64,000 nt of DNA from Octopus sinensis (lineage: Eukaryota): NCBI RefSeq assembly GCF_006345805.1, contig NC_043006.1, forward strand, positions 51,088,001-51,152,000, given 5' to 3'. Shown in pieces: positions 63,891 through 64,000 of this stretch. How positions within the stretch are numbered: the first letter of the stretch is position 1; each line of letters starts with the position of its first letter. The notes below the pieces were generated by a model. It saw only the letters and a program-made list of their open reading frames with translations, did not search any database and was not told where the DNA came from. A program made the position numbers and the translations under genes.

Positions 63891-64000
63891 TATTGGGTGG
63901 TCAGATAAATTCGTTCGTTTTTTTATTGTTTTGTTTTTTTCACCTTGGCACTCCAATGTCAATGTGAGGTATACTAGCCATCTCTATATGGCTAACCACA
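63891..64000 (+). mobile_element. Possible left end of a mariner-type element (runs off the window)
   Basis: TA|ttgggtggtcagataaattcgttcg resembles the TIR at 50479. Confidence 0.4.

Noticed and set aside
1-64000. CRISPR arrays, rRNA genes, prokaryotic operons
   Set aside because: No regularly spaced repeat-spacer array and no rRNA-like sequence were seen. The sequence is clearly eukaryotic repeat-rich DNA.

Overview
This is a eukaryotic, AT-rich window saturated with microsatellites and transposons. The repeat landscape suggests a cephalopod mollusc such as Octopus, but that is inference. Only one host protein-coding sequence is well supported: an intronless, very compact class A GPCR (9724-10587, minus strand). 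Most of the rest is mobile DNA: Penelope-like retroelement (PLE) relics, CR1, RTE, L1/Tx1 and Dong/R4-type LINE fragments, several tRNA-derived SINE families, maT (DD37D), mariner and Tigger transposons, one Pif1-bearing and two non-autonomous Helitrons, and several MITEs. Most ORFs in the supplied track are microsatellite artefacts. The standout observation is a set of hammerhead ribozymes. At 53726-54130 a structurally complete type I hammerhead lies at the apex of a long stem, inside a highly structured 353-bp unit with a 52-bp terminal redundancy. That is the signature expected of a retrozyme, a circular-RNA-derived non-autonomous retroelement. PLE tails elsewhere carry minimal hammerheads, three of them with a recurring non-canonical CUGUNGA core. 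All alignments and folds were read by eye, and relic boundaries are approximate.
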